Below are positions 54,601-64,000 of a DNA stretch of 64,000 bases, in pieces. The notes under the pieces are model-generated. The model saw only the letters and a list, made by a program, of their open reading frames with translations, ran no database searches and had not been told where the DNA came from. Origin of the DNA: Phallusia mammillata. Taxonomy: Eukaryota. Every line of letters begins with the position of its first letter. Position 1 is the first letter of the stretch. Both the position numbers and the translations under genes were made by a program. Location: contig OZ281494.1 in NCBI GenBank assembly GCA_965637545.1, forward strand, positions 29,512,001 to 29,576,000, written 5' to 3'.

Positions 54601-56020
54601 GTACACTACTACGCATGCATAAGGCCAAGAGATTTGGCTTTAAGGCGCAAAGATCTTCCAATCCACATTGAGGAAACTTCAATGCAACGACCGAACTTGT
54701 GGATTGAACACGCATCTGTTGCAGAATCCAGTTATGATTTGAGTAACAACTACATGATTCATATGCATCCGAAGGATACAGTAAAACATTTTTCTAGGGT
54801 AATAAATTCTGTGTCCCCGAGTTTGCCCTTTTTTACATGTTCTTTCACTTAAGTAATTGCGCCTTGTTTTGCAATGATTTTTACTCGTGTTGTCTCCTTT
54901 TTGTTTTGTCAAGCGGAATTATTATGTCTCTACCGTTTTTGATAGAGCTATTAACACCATACCTCACGTGAGATTCACTTTCACAAGGGGGCGTAAAGAG
55001 CTGAAGTTTATATTCAACGGCTAAAGAGGGGTTGGGTTGGGAAATAAGTATTTAACACAGAGTTGCAAGCGGGCCCGAAATCTGAGCCCGAACCCGGCCC
55101 GAACCCGAAAGTATAAGCCCGAAGCCCGGCCCGAACCCGAAACGTTTTTGAGAAGCCCGTTTAGGCCCGAAATTTTGATTGACAGGCCTATCCACGAAAG
55201 CCTTGCAACAAAGGATGAGAAAGAAAAAAGATAAAGACAACAAACACAATGAACAATAGTAGACAATGAGGTAAACAATACGTTTTAGAGTAGGGTGGGC
55301 ATTAGGTCAAAGCCAGAGAATTGTTACTAAAAAGTGGCGGCAACGGAACTTAAAGTAAGGCCCGTTTTGAGCCCGTTTTCTGACAAATACCTAAGCCCGA
55401 ACCCGGCCCGAACCCGGCCCGAACCCGAACCCGGCCCGAAAAGCCCGGCCCGACTTGCAACTCTGATTTAACATTTTTGCATAAGTAACTAAATTTTTGC
55501 CCCGATACCTTACCCCGAGCCTAGTAGCCCTAACCGTGAGCGTTTATAGAGATATTTTTTTCACGGGGTTCAAACCCCGGACACTCCCGGGGACGAATCC
55601 CGATCAGGTTTTTTTTATGTCTGTATATGGGTCAGGTGCGCTGGACCATTCGGCCAAATTTTTGGAGATATAACGTTATGTAATAACCTGTCGAAAATTA
55701 GACACTTTTGGGTGTCTCGTGAGGTATGGTGTTAGTAGCTCCACCATCTTTTTTAGGACTTTCTTGAGTGGGGAATTGACGAAGTCCGGATACACGATTC
55801 AACGTACGGCGCGGCCGCAAGAGCAGCTCTGTTTGGAACTAGGGATCTCGTGTTTCTTCGAGGTGAGGAAGAAATCGCAAAGGACAGAAAACCAAAAAAA
55901 ACGATAAAGCTTGTTGTACATAATGAAGGTGAAAAACAACACAGGAATTTTGTGAGAACAACCCTCAGGGAGCTTCGAAAAGTGTCTAAATACTTCAGGA
56001 ATCTTACCAAAACAGATTGA
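51643..56020 (+). CDS. Alpha-1,4-glycosyltransferase family protein (GT32; A4GNT/A4GALT-like), type II membrane protein, 404 aa
   Basis: 8 exons: 51643-51759, 51847-52003, 52148-52248, 52372-52538, 54170-54291, 54448-54524, 54589-54798, 55757-56020. Total 1215 nt. N-terminal TM helix, VPNIVHYIW, TDVARFQIVLKQGGIYLDSDV (DXD motif), NGAFLTKPNAAFL. Confidence 0.88.
52587..53695. mobile_element. Non-autonomous hAT-like element, ~1.1 kb
   Basis: Ends CAGGGGTCGGCAACC / GGTTGCCAAACCCTG; flanks GCCCACAA and GCTTACAA (6/8). Confidence 0.7.
53797..54083. mobile_element. hAT-type MITE, 287 bp
   Basis: Ends CTGGGGTGTGCAACC / GGTTGCACATCCCTG; TSD CTCTATAA/CTCTAAAA (7/8). Confidence 0.75.
55058..55465. 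mobile_element. hAT-type MITE, 408 bp, same family as 42538 in opposite orientation
   Basis: TIR CAGAGTTGCAAG; perfect TSD ATTTAACA. Confidence 0.9.
55562..55657 (-). mobile_element. tRNA-derived SINE-like repeat, family 1
   Basis: Minus strand TTGGCCGAATGGTCC (A box) ... GGGGTTTGAACCCC (B box). Confidence 0.6.
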
Positions 56021-56181
56021 TTGAACTGAATATGTTTTTAAACTTGCAATACATATTTTGTTAAATTTTCTGTTCGACTCGACAATAAACTTGTACAGTA
56101 GTGTAGCAAGAACCTTTAACTTCAATGATTTTGTTGTGAAGAAACTTATCTTAAAGGTCATTTGGAAAGGATGCTTTAACT

Positions 56182-56817
56182 CAGGGGTCCGCAAATCGTG
56201 GGTCGCTACCCAAATTTGGGTCCTTCCAGTCCGGGTCGCGAAATATTTTAAAATTCCCATGAATATAAGCATCGCAGCTGCAGTAGTAATGAAATTCAGT
56301 TTTTTTCAACCTCCTCATCATTGTAGCATTGTTATATAAGACTACGTTACTGTTACATACAGTATATATATGTAACAATGTAGTAAGTTCAGCGCACCTG
56401 TACAAGCAGTCATGCGCTTTCTGCACTATTTGATATTAAAACCAAATACAGATCAAGACTAGAAGTAGAGGATGATTTTTTGCTTGCTCATAAATAAAAC
56501 CTCGAATTGATTTGTTGTGTTCTCATAACTTCTCAATACAGTGCCCACAGTTCTCTTTTGTTAGAATAAATACGTTCGTTTTATGTTACCTACTGTTTTA
56601 TGTGAAAATAACAACTGACAATGGCATTATAGCAGTCTTAGTATTGATGTCTAGTTGCTTAGTATTTTCCACAAACTTACATGCTAACTTTCCACAAACT
56701 TACATGCAAACTTACATCTAGTATTTTCCACAAACTTACATGCTAACAAAATACTTGGGTCGCGAGAATTTAGAGCAATTTTTTAGGGTCGCCCAAAAAA
56801 GTATTTGCTGACCCCTG
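56182..56817. mobile_element. MITE with CAGGGGTCCGCAAAT TIRs and an ~290-bp internal insertion
   Basis: Left CAGGGGTCCGCAAAT; right ATTTGCTGACCCCTG. No clear TSD. Extra sequence at ~56460-56750 (with local CCACAAACTTACATGC repeats) relative to the 44749 copy. Confidence 0.7.
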
Positions 56818-57394
56818 CAGTAGGGTATGGTGTTAGATCTACTCAAGTCAGCGAGGGTTGGTGATAGTGTAACGTGAACCGGTGTTCACTTAGTTTAGTT
56901 TATTCACTGTGTTCACTTAGTTTGGTATATGCTTATTTATTATTTAATTATTGCACTTGCTTTTCACTGTAACTTGATGTACCTATTAATATATTAGTTG
57001 TTTTGTTTCATAATGTTTGTTTGTTTTGTTTAGCCATATTTATTTTCACGTTATTCCTTTCACTTCTTGTTTTTCCACATTCGTTTTCTTGTGTTCCATT
57101 TTCACCCCTTTTCACTTTAATATCTTTATTTGTACGTTTACACCGGTAACATTTCGAACGCATCCCCGCTTCAGTGATTTCCCGCGGCGCATTGTGATTG
57201 GTCACATTCCTAGAGGCATGTGACGTCGTTTCTCCTTGTGTTTGGTGTGGCAGTTCTCTCCTGGCCCCGGTGAAGTGTGCGCGGTTGTTTTGGTGCTGTT
57301 ATTGTGTTTTGCTATAGTGCAACGTGGTTATTGCTGTGACGTAACGTGATCGAACACTACCTTTCACCTTTCAACACTGTAAATGATATTGGGT

Positions 57395-57640
57395 TGTTTT
57401 TACCCAAAGTAATTGGGTAGCTTGTTGGGTACCTTCGTTGGTAAACCCAAAATGCTGTTTGGGTTCCTTTAACCCAAATGCTTTGGGTCATCTACACGCA
57501 AACTTATTGGGTAATAAACACCTAAAATTATTTGGTAATAAACACCCAAACTTATTGGGTAATAAACACCCAAACTTATAGGGTAAAAAACACCCAAACT
57601 TATTGGGTACTAAATACCCAAACATTTAGGTAAAACCTCA
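57395..57640. repeat. Left subterminal array: ~24-bp unit CACCCAAACTTATTGGGTAATAAA (about 6 copies from ~57495) plus dispersed ACCCAA-N5-TTGGGT palindromes
   Basis: Read directly from the sequence. Confidence 0.85.
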
Positions 57641-57900
57641 CTGCACCCAACCACGTAAAAATCCAAGCCTTAAAATGTTCACACATTGATGTCAAAAATA
57701 CTTTTATTGTCTCATGACAATGCAATGACAAGAATGAAGTTGCCTAAACCAAAGTAACCCAGACTGGCAAGAAACACGTTTTTATACAAACAATACAGTA
57801 TATACACAATCATGCACCGTATTAATAATGTGCAGCAAATAAGAATACTTGATTCAGGTATTCAATTTGATTCAGGTATTCAAATGTAAATGAGTGAATG

Positions 57901-60209
57901 TCAAAATTCCAACTTCATTGCCAGCTCTTTAACAGAGTCAACAATCGGTGGCTTTTTTATCTCAAGCCAAAAATATTGAACAAACTGCAGGGCCTTGCGC
58001 ACATGGGGGCAGTATTCATAGTTAATTGCATAATAATAAGACAGAAGGGCAACAACACCCTGCACAATCGAGTCTACCTGCATTACAATGTTCTTTTCCG
58101 ACATTAGGCAGATTTTTTGAATTTTTACAAGTGTCCCAAATAAAATAAGAACTGGTTGGTGGCGGTCTGGTAATTCATTTTTTACGTCCTCATAGGTTGT
58201 ATAGGTCTGCAAGTACAAAGAGTTATGTAGATGCATCAAAGACACTATGTTAGAATATAGTAAGTTCATTAAAAAAATAATTTATTGTCATTTTACCGGA
58301 TAAAGGTCCAGAAGATATCTCTCCAAGCCAAAGTGTTTCTTTGTCTTATTTGGCAAAAGGTTAGTTAAAAGCCACAACCCAATAACAAGTTTCCAGTCTG
58401 TTGGCAAAAATAACGAATATATATTATTTTTAGATCACATTTACATATGTCTAAAAATATGGTAGACTTACCCTGGTTGGTGTTGTCTTCCTCAATAGAA
58501 ATCTGTTTCAATATTCTTTCAAGTTTGGACCCAGTTTGGACTTTCTGTACATAAGCAATTACTTTGTCAAACAAAATTTCCCCATTTGTCTGCAGTTTGT
58601 CCAAGGTTGGATTAATTTGTTGAATTCTGTTCATTTCCCTTAATAGCTGCAAACAAAACAAGCCAACAATAGCACACACATACAACTGAATAGTGGCAAA
58701 ATTAAACAACTATTTTAACAAACATATAAATTCTGTATTAAGACAAAGCAACCATAGATAAATAAAAAATCTTACTTCATTAAATGTAGATATTGCAGGC
58801 CACTCCTTTGTCATTGTCTGTGGTGTAGGTTTGTTATCTGCTATGTACTTTTGTCGGAAGTAAAATGTTTGTGCCATTAACTCTGAAATTTTTTGTTTGT
58901 TTCGGAGAATGATTGGTTTCATAAATTCTTGCTTCAGGTTCTGAATAAATGTTATTTTAAAAAGTATTTTCATGAGAAACATGCATGATTATAAAATATG
59001 ATATTCCACAGTAAAACAGAATTATGTGGTATGGCATGTATTTATTGTAAGTAGCACCTAAAACAAGGCATGATGTTTAACACACCTATGTTACACAAAA
59101 TAAATATGAATAAATAAAGTGGTTTTGTTCAAACACAAACAAACCATTTGGTGTTGTTCCATTAAAGAATTCTCCTCCATGTGACTTTCAAATGTATTGG
59201 AAACCTTTCGGCATTTAGCAACTGATGTATTAGCAAGCCCTGACAAGTTGTTGCTAACTCTTTTGGATGGCGTTTTTTCCTTTTGTGACTTTCTGATTTG
59301 TTTTAGTTGCGTATTCAATTTTTGAGTAATTTTGTGCAACCAGAAGATCTGAAGAACAAACTGATTAGTAATATTCTATAGCTTTATTTTACACATACAT
59401 CAGTAGGTTACAGTTATATCAAATGTGAACAGCTACCTTGGCTTCTTCATCACTTAAACCCAGTGAAGCTTTTCCAAGTGACACTAAAGCTGAAACTGCT
59501 GCTCTTCTCAAAAGTCTACCAGGATGGCTGGTTAAAATGAACAAAAGTTTTAACTAAATACAATGTTTCACACTAACAAACAGAATACAGGTACTTTTCA
59601 TAATTTTTCATTACTCTAATCATCTCAGAGGTTATTTCTCTTTTTCCCTTGTCAGTAAGTGAACCTGTATTTATCAACATTTTTGCATGATAACCAAATT
59701 GACAGGATTTTATAGGAAATGATTTTGGAATTGGATGGGTTGCATTTTCAAAACTTGGACCAGCGAGCTCAGACTCATTTCCAATTGACAAACTATCACT
59801 ACAATCCTCAGATATGACCGTAGGTATACTATTTGGTGTAGATGTTGAAATAAATGAAAAAGAGTCATCAGACGTCACAGGCAGGGTGTCATCCGACTCA
59901 CAAAACTCATCTTTGCTTGTGTTGAATTCTCTAATGGCACCAAAGAGTTTGAGAGTGTGCCCAAAAGGCACACCTGGCAAAATTTTTGTTAGAGTGTCAA
60001 AATTATTGACACATTTTAAAGCCGACGAGTCGATTTTGTTATCTGCAGAAAAAAACTTACAGCTAGAAAAATAACACACTTTTGCATCATCGAAGTTACA
60101 ACTTGTACATACCACTAAACTCCTTACAAATTTTTTCCAAATCATTCTCTGGGATTTCATGTAAAGTATCTCGAACCAAATTGATGACAATGTCTACAGA
60201 CGAATTCAT
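57901..60209 (-). CDS. Transposon-borne SAM-domain protein (SAMD3-like), 8 exons, 528 aa, intact
   Basis: Exons (minus) 60209-60113, 60042-59595, 59527-59437, 59348-59145, 58940-58776, 58646-58472, 58397-58297, 58206-57901. Total 1587 nt, all GT-AG and phase-consistent, no stops. SAM-like FSDNKIDSSALKCV...LPGVPFGHTLKLFGAIREF; LMAQTFYFRQKYI...KEWPAI; ALLSYYYAINYEYC...LQFVQ. Confidence 0.85.
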
Positions 60210-60647
60210 TGTTTCTTCAAACACGTTGCTGGATATTATCACACGTGAACTGAACTTAATAAAGTCAACGTTCGACTGACGTTTCGGGCAAATTCCCGCC
60301 AATCACTAGATGACGCCAAAAGAGCGCAAAATTTAAAACAAATTGTGAAGCTATCTTTTCACAAGTTAAAACATCGTATTACCATAAAACCTAATTATTA
60401 TTGTTATGTATTTTTCATCACAAATCACACAAAAAACTAAAAAAATTTTTTTAATCATTATTTTTTTTAAATTACCGCAACAAAAAATCCTGTTATCGGT
60501 AATTGCATCCAGAGGACCGTTTTTTTGGTCAAAAATATGAAGTTACGCATTTTAATTACGAACACATACAACATTGCAAACATGCAAATTACCCCATTTT
60601 GGGTAAATGTGCAACTCACCCATTCCAACACAGAAGTCTTATAACCT

Positions 60648-60959
60648 TTTTGGGTAAAATAAGAATTAACCCATTTTACCGTAAAGGGTGATTCTCATGT
60701 TTTGGGTAAAAATGTTACCAACCCAAAATGCTTCATGGGTATATATCATGAATTGGGTGGGAAGATAATCTACCCTAAATAAATTTGGGTATGCTTTTTT
60801 ATATTTTGGGTAAAATAAGAATTAACCCATTTTACCGTAAAGGGTGATTCTCATGTTTTGGGTAAAAATGTTACCAACCCAAAATGCTTCATGGGTATAT
60901 ATCATGAATTGGGTAGGAAGATAATCTACCCTAAATAAATTTGGGTAAGCGTTTTTGAT
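60648..60959. repeat. Right subterminal 156-bp tandem duplication
   Basis: GGGTAAAATAAG at 60652 and 60808; AAATTTGGGT at 60781 and 60937 (period 156). Confidence 0.9.
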
Positions 60960-61284
60960 ATTTTGGGTAAAACAAGTTTTATGCCAATGTCGTTTTGGGT
61001 TATTATAGCTATTACCCAAAATGTTGCGAGTTTTTTACCCAAAATAATTTACAGTGAAAGGTTTTATTAATTACAATATATATTATTTTTGGCCAGTAGC
61101 GAAGTCACCGTTGTAACAATTGGTTTTAGCGATAAGCCGTTAGTGCAGGGTCTTGGACCGTTTTACGAATTAGGGAGGTAGCCTCGAATACAATCGGGAT
61201 AGTTGGAAAGGTTTAGCGTTAAAGATCTCGCACCCAAACATCTTTCTGTAAATTTCGAGGTTACCAAAATAATTCCGTAACAGT

Positions 61285-61301
61285 TGGCGAACACGCCAGG
61301 A
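61285..61301 (+). other. Primer-binding site (tRNA-Arg-like)
   Basis: TGGCGAACACGCCAGGA directly after the LTR end CA. 14/17 match to the complement of the vertebrate tRNA-Arg(ACG) 3' end as I recall it (TGGCGAGCCAGCCAGGA). Confidence 0.7.
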
Positions 61302-61403
61302 CCCTGCTATCGCGAGACGGTGACTTTTCTATAGAGAGAACTCCCATTTTTACACTATTTTTACAAGAACTTTTACAGCATACTGTTGTTTTTATTATTT
61401 TAA

Positions 61404-62213
61404 ATGGCTTTTAACTTTTTATTGCCTCCGCCTCGGTATGAGCCGGGAACGGATTTGCAAGATTTTATTAGGGTGTTTGAATCGTACGCCAACAGCATTA
61501 AGGCTACTGAAGAGGTAAAACGGCACCTGTTCTTGTCTACTATTGATGACGAGCTCCGCTGGATAATACAAGGCAAGGACCGTTCTGTATACAACCTGGA
61601 TTACTCAGTCATTGTCGATCGCGCTCTAAAGAACAGTACCGGCGGCGCTTACTTGCATAAACTGCGCCATCGATTGATTACACGTCGGGAGATGCCTCGC
61701 GAAACGCCTCGAGAATTTGTGCGTGCAATCAAGGAGCTGGGAGACAAAGCGTACCCCGAGGAAAACGAAGAAGACATCAAGAGAGAAGTAATGTACACTG
61801 TGTTGTTGTCTGGACTATTAGATCAAAACCTTGCCGCTAATATTTCGAATAGATTGAACCATAAGCGTGACTTTTGGGCCGCTGCCGAGTTGGTTTTAAA
61901 CGAACAATTCACGGCCATTGTCGCAACAGTCACTACGTCCGTAGATGACAAACGCGATTTTGACAATACTGTAATTACTACCCTGATTGAGCTGAAGCAG
62001 GGTTTACACAAAAACACAGAGCATTTAACAAGCACTGTTGCGAGTTTGCAAGCCCAGTGCGAGAATCTGCAGCAACAGGTTCGGACGCTGGCGTTGGCTC
62101 AACGTCGTACCGATGTGCGCCCTTCCCGACCCTTAAATCAGCGAAGGTGTTTCAGCTGTGGAGAGGCCGGTCATCTCCAACACCAGTGTCGACGTGAGCA
62201 ACCTCTAGACTGA
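61404..62213 (+). CDS. gag: Ty3/Gypsy Gag protein, 269 aa, intact ORF
   Basis: Capsid-like region (ETPREFVRAIKELGDKAYP) and C-terminal CCHC knuckle CFSCGEAGHLQHQC, 102 nt downstream of the PBS. Confidence 0.9.
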   Translation: MAFNFLLPPPRYEPGTDLQDFIRVFESYANSIKATEEVKRHLFLSTIDDELRWIIQGKDRSVYNLDYSVIVDRALKNSTGGAYLHKLRHRLITRREMPRETPREFVRAIKELGDKAYPEENEEDIKREVMYTVLLSGLLDQNLAANISNRLNHKRDFWAAAELVLNEQFTAIVATVTTSVDDKRDFDNTVITTLIELKQGLHKNTEHLTSTVASLQAQCENLQQQVRTLALAQRRTDVRPSRPLNQRRCFSCGEAGHLQHQCRREQPLD

Positions 62214-62242
62214 CCCCCACAAAATCGATGATGACTACCAAA

Positions 62243-62298
62243 CGACTCCCCGACCCTCCGACCCTCCGACCCTCCGACCCTCCGACCCTCCGACCGTC
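62243..62298. repeat. 8-bp tandem repeat (CGACCCTC) x7 at the gag-pol junction
   Basis: Five perfect units flanked by CGACTCCC and CGACCGTC. Confidence 0.9.
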
Positions 62299-62310
62299 CG
62301 CCGGTAGCAA

Positions 62311-63633
62311 GTGTTACCGCGATTTGTTGAGATTGTGACCGAAAACGTGCCGGTATGTGCTTTAGTAGACACGGGGGCAACTGTATCTTTGTTATCCGAA
62401 CACCTGTGGCGAAAACTTTCAAACGTTGGTAATATGAACCTAGAGTCGTGTCCAACCAATTTTGGCCTGGTCGCTGCAAACGGCACGCAGTTGAATTCTC
62501 TTGGGATAGCTAAAGTAAACATTAAAGTTGGTGGACTAACTGTGAGCCACCGATTCTATGTATGCAACCACTCCGCGCATGAGTGCATCATAGGCCTAGA
62601 CTTCTTGAAAAAGTATAACTGCTCTCTTTGCTATAAGACCGCACTGATGACCGCCGGGAAAGCAAGGGTGCCTTTGCTGAACCAGTCCCTTATTCCTGAA
62701 GAAAAGGAAGTCTTTCTAGCGGAACTGACCCGAGTCCCTGCATCAACGGAGGTGCAAGTGATGGGAGAGTTTCCCCCCGACCGCAATGACTTCCGAACCT
62801 GAGCAAGTTTCCAGCGTCACACACAAAGCAGAGGACGGCCAGGCTGATGAACATTGGCGAAATATAGTCTCCGGGGAGACGCTCGACCAGTGCGCCAAGC
62901 TCCTAGGAGGATGCCGCAACGTCACAAGCATAAAGTTGAAGAGATCATCGACGAAATGCGCAAACAAGGTTTAGTCCGTCCGTCAACGTCTCCCTGGTCG
63001 AGTTCAATTGTTCTTGTGAAGAAAAAGTCAGGATGGAAAGCACTGGGATGAGGCTTTGTCAGCGGTGGTAGCATCATACAATTCCAGTCGGCATGAAAGC
63101 ACTGGCTTCGCTCCCCACTACTTGCTTACAGGGTCTCCTTTGCGTCTGCCCGCTGACCTGATACATGCGCCCTCGCCGCACGACCAGCAGTCGCCTTTGG
63201 TCCATCTGGAAGGACTCCGAGATCGGCTGGCACTTGCCAGGGAAGTGGCACGCGAGACCCTCCAGTGTCAGCGCAAGTAAATAGAGAAGCAATATAACAA
63301 TAGTAGAGAAGCAAGGACCTGTCAACTACAAAATTGTTGATCAAACCGGCAAAACCCAAGTAGTGCACTTCAATCGCTTGAAGAAAACATCGGCCAATTT
63401 TGATGAGCACAACGATGGAGATGAGATTGTTGCGAAGCGTCGTGAAGAAGATGTAGCTTTACGTGAACAAGCACGTGGTTCCGACAAGCCGTTACCAACT
63501 GTTGTTGTCCAGGTGATGGTCCCGAGCACCGAAGACGATTCAGGAAAACGCGGCTCCAAACGACCCCTATGCGACAACGGGTCTGGTTTGTCCGCGGACG
63601 TGCAGATTATGAGCGACGTGTTGGAAACTAGAC
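62311..63633 (+). pseudogene. pol: Internally deleted Gypsy pol: aspartic protease, RT N-terminus, integrase C-terminus
   Basis: ALVDTGATVSLL (protease). RPVRQAPRR...STSPWSSSIVLVKKKSG is joined out of frame at ~63031 to KHWDEALSAVVASYNSSRHESTGFAP (integrase), then VNYKI...VVHFNRLK. RT core, RNase H and most of the integrase DDE core are missing; stops present. Confidence 0.9.
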
Positions 63634-64000
63634 CAGTGGTTCTTAACCGGTGGGAAATTTAATGTTTTCGAAAGGGAAATTATGTAAGCTTGAAAAGAGC
63701 AAACTCGCGCTCGAGGGTCGAATCCGGCTTTGAATTAACCATTGAAAGTTACTTTACTAAAAATTTTCTGCAACAACATGTAAGATTAATTTCACCAAGG
63801 TTTACAAGACACATACAAATCCAAAGGCCGTTTGTTACATCACAGACAAGACTAAAACCATCAATGACTTTGCTATTGTGCGCGAATAGAAGCCTTTCCT
63901 TTGTTAATTGTGATGCAATAAATGAATAATGCAAGCAGAGCAGACTCTTCAATACTCTAAAAAGTTTAATCTTACACAGAAGCACTATTTAAACTAAATG
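63634..64000 (+). mobile_element. Start of a probable hAT (Charlie-like) element running off the window
   Basis: CAGTGGTTCTTAACC terminal motif preceded by AACTAGAC (CTAG-centred target typical of Charlie-type hATs). The other end is not visible. Confidence 0.55.

Larger units (their letters stand above)
57375..61056. mobile_element. CACTA/EnSpm (CMC)-like non-autonomous DNA transposon, 3682 bp
   Basis: TIR CACTGTAAATGATATTGGGT vs CACTGTAAATTATTTTGGGT (18/20), flanked by AA on both sides (2-bp TSD). Both ends are rich in ACCCAA/TTGGGT subterminal motifs. No DDE transposase ORF. Confidence 0.85.
56868..61282 (+). mobile_element. Putative 5' LTR (~730 bp net) of a Ty3/Gypsy element, interrupted by the CACTG element
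   Basis: Begins TGTAACG and ends CGTAACA (imperfect inverted termini), 2 nt before a PBS. The 3' end is well supported. The 5' end is tentative because no second LTR is in the window. Confidence 0.5.

Noticed and set aside
55723-56836. 13-bp direct repeat GGTATGGTGTTAG at ~55723 and ~56824 as a possible TSD
   Set aside because: The enclosed region contains a normal terminal exon of the glycosyltransferase and has no element termini.
57495-57640. Regular 24-bp palindromic repeats resembling a CRISPR array
   Set aside because: No unique spacers, eukaryotic context, and explained as transposon subterminal repeats.
60061-60062. Apparent 2-nt micro-exon (TTTTCTAG|CT|GTAAGT) in intron 1 of the SAM gene
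   Set aside because: The following intron would be only 18 nt, and inclusion breaks the frame.
63671-64000. Purine tract AAAGGGAAATTA followed by TGTAAG, mimicking PPT plus 3' LTR
   Set aside because: The sequence does not match the 5' LTR candidate and lies just inside a hAT-type terminus beginning at 63634.

Overview
Eukaryotic (animal) genomic DNA: AT-rich, intron-rich with many 60-500 nt GT-AG introns, and vertebrate-like gene content. A tunicate (ascidian) is the best guess, which is inference only. Genes were assembled by hand exon by exon, and phases and lengths were checked. In order: two tandem SLC7A9/b(0,+)AT-like amino-acid transporter genes (first 5'-partial); an orphan 3' fragment of a luciferase/4CL-like acyl-CoA synthetase; a PMP22/claudin-superfamily gene; DPM1; ZC4H2; CMTR2; GPATCH4; EDEM2; a rearranged stearoyl-CoA desaturase (SCD) locus; a GT32 alpha-1,4-glycosyltransferase; and a nested transposon cluster at the right end. 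Two things stand out. (1) A 3.68-kb CACTG-ended (CACTA/EnSpm-like) element with a 2-bp TSD and palindromic subterminal repeats carries no transposase but an intact 8-exon, 528-aa SAM-domain gene, and sits inside the putative 5' LTR of an internally deleted Ty3/Gypsy element. (2) A 4.3-kb duplication flanks a 1.9-kb foreign SCD fragment and creates a chimeric desaturase with two tandem, equal-length, same-phase exon-4 variants that can only be used mutually exclusively. The window also holds many hAT-type MITEs with 8-bp TSDs, modular Helentron-like elements, tRNA-derived SINE-like repeats and two candidate intronic structured RNAs. No database searches were run; family assignments rest on recognised motifs.
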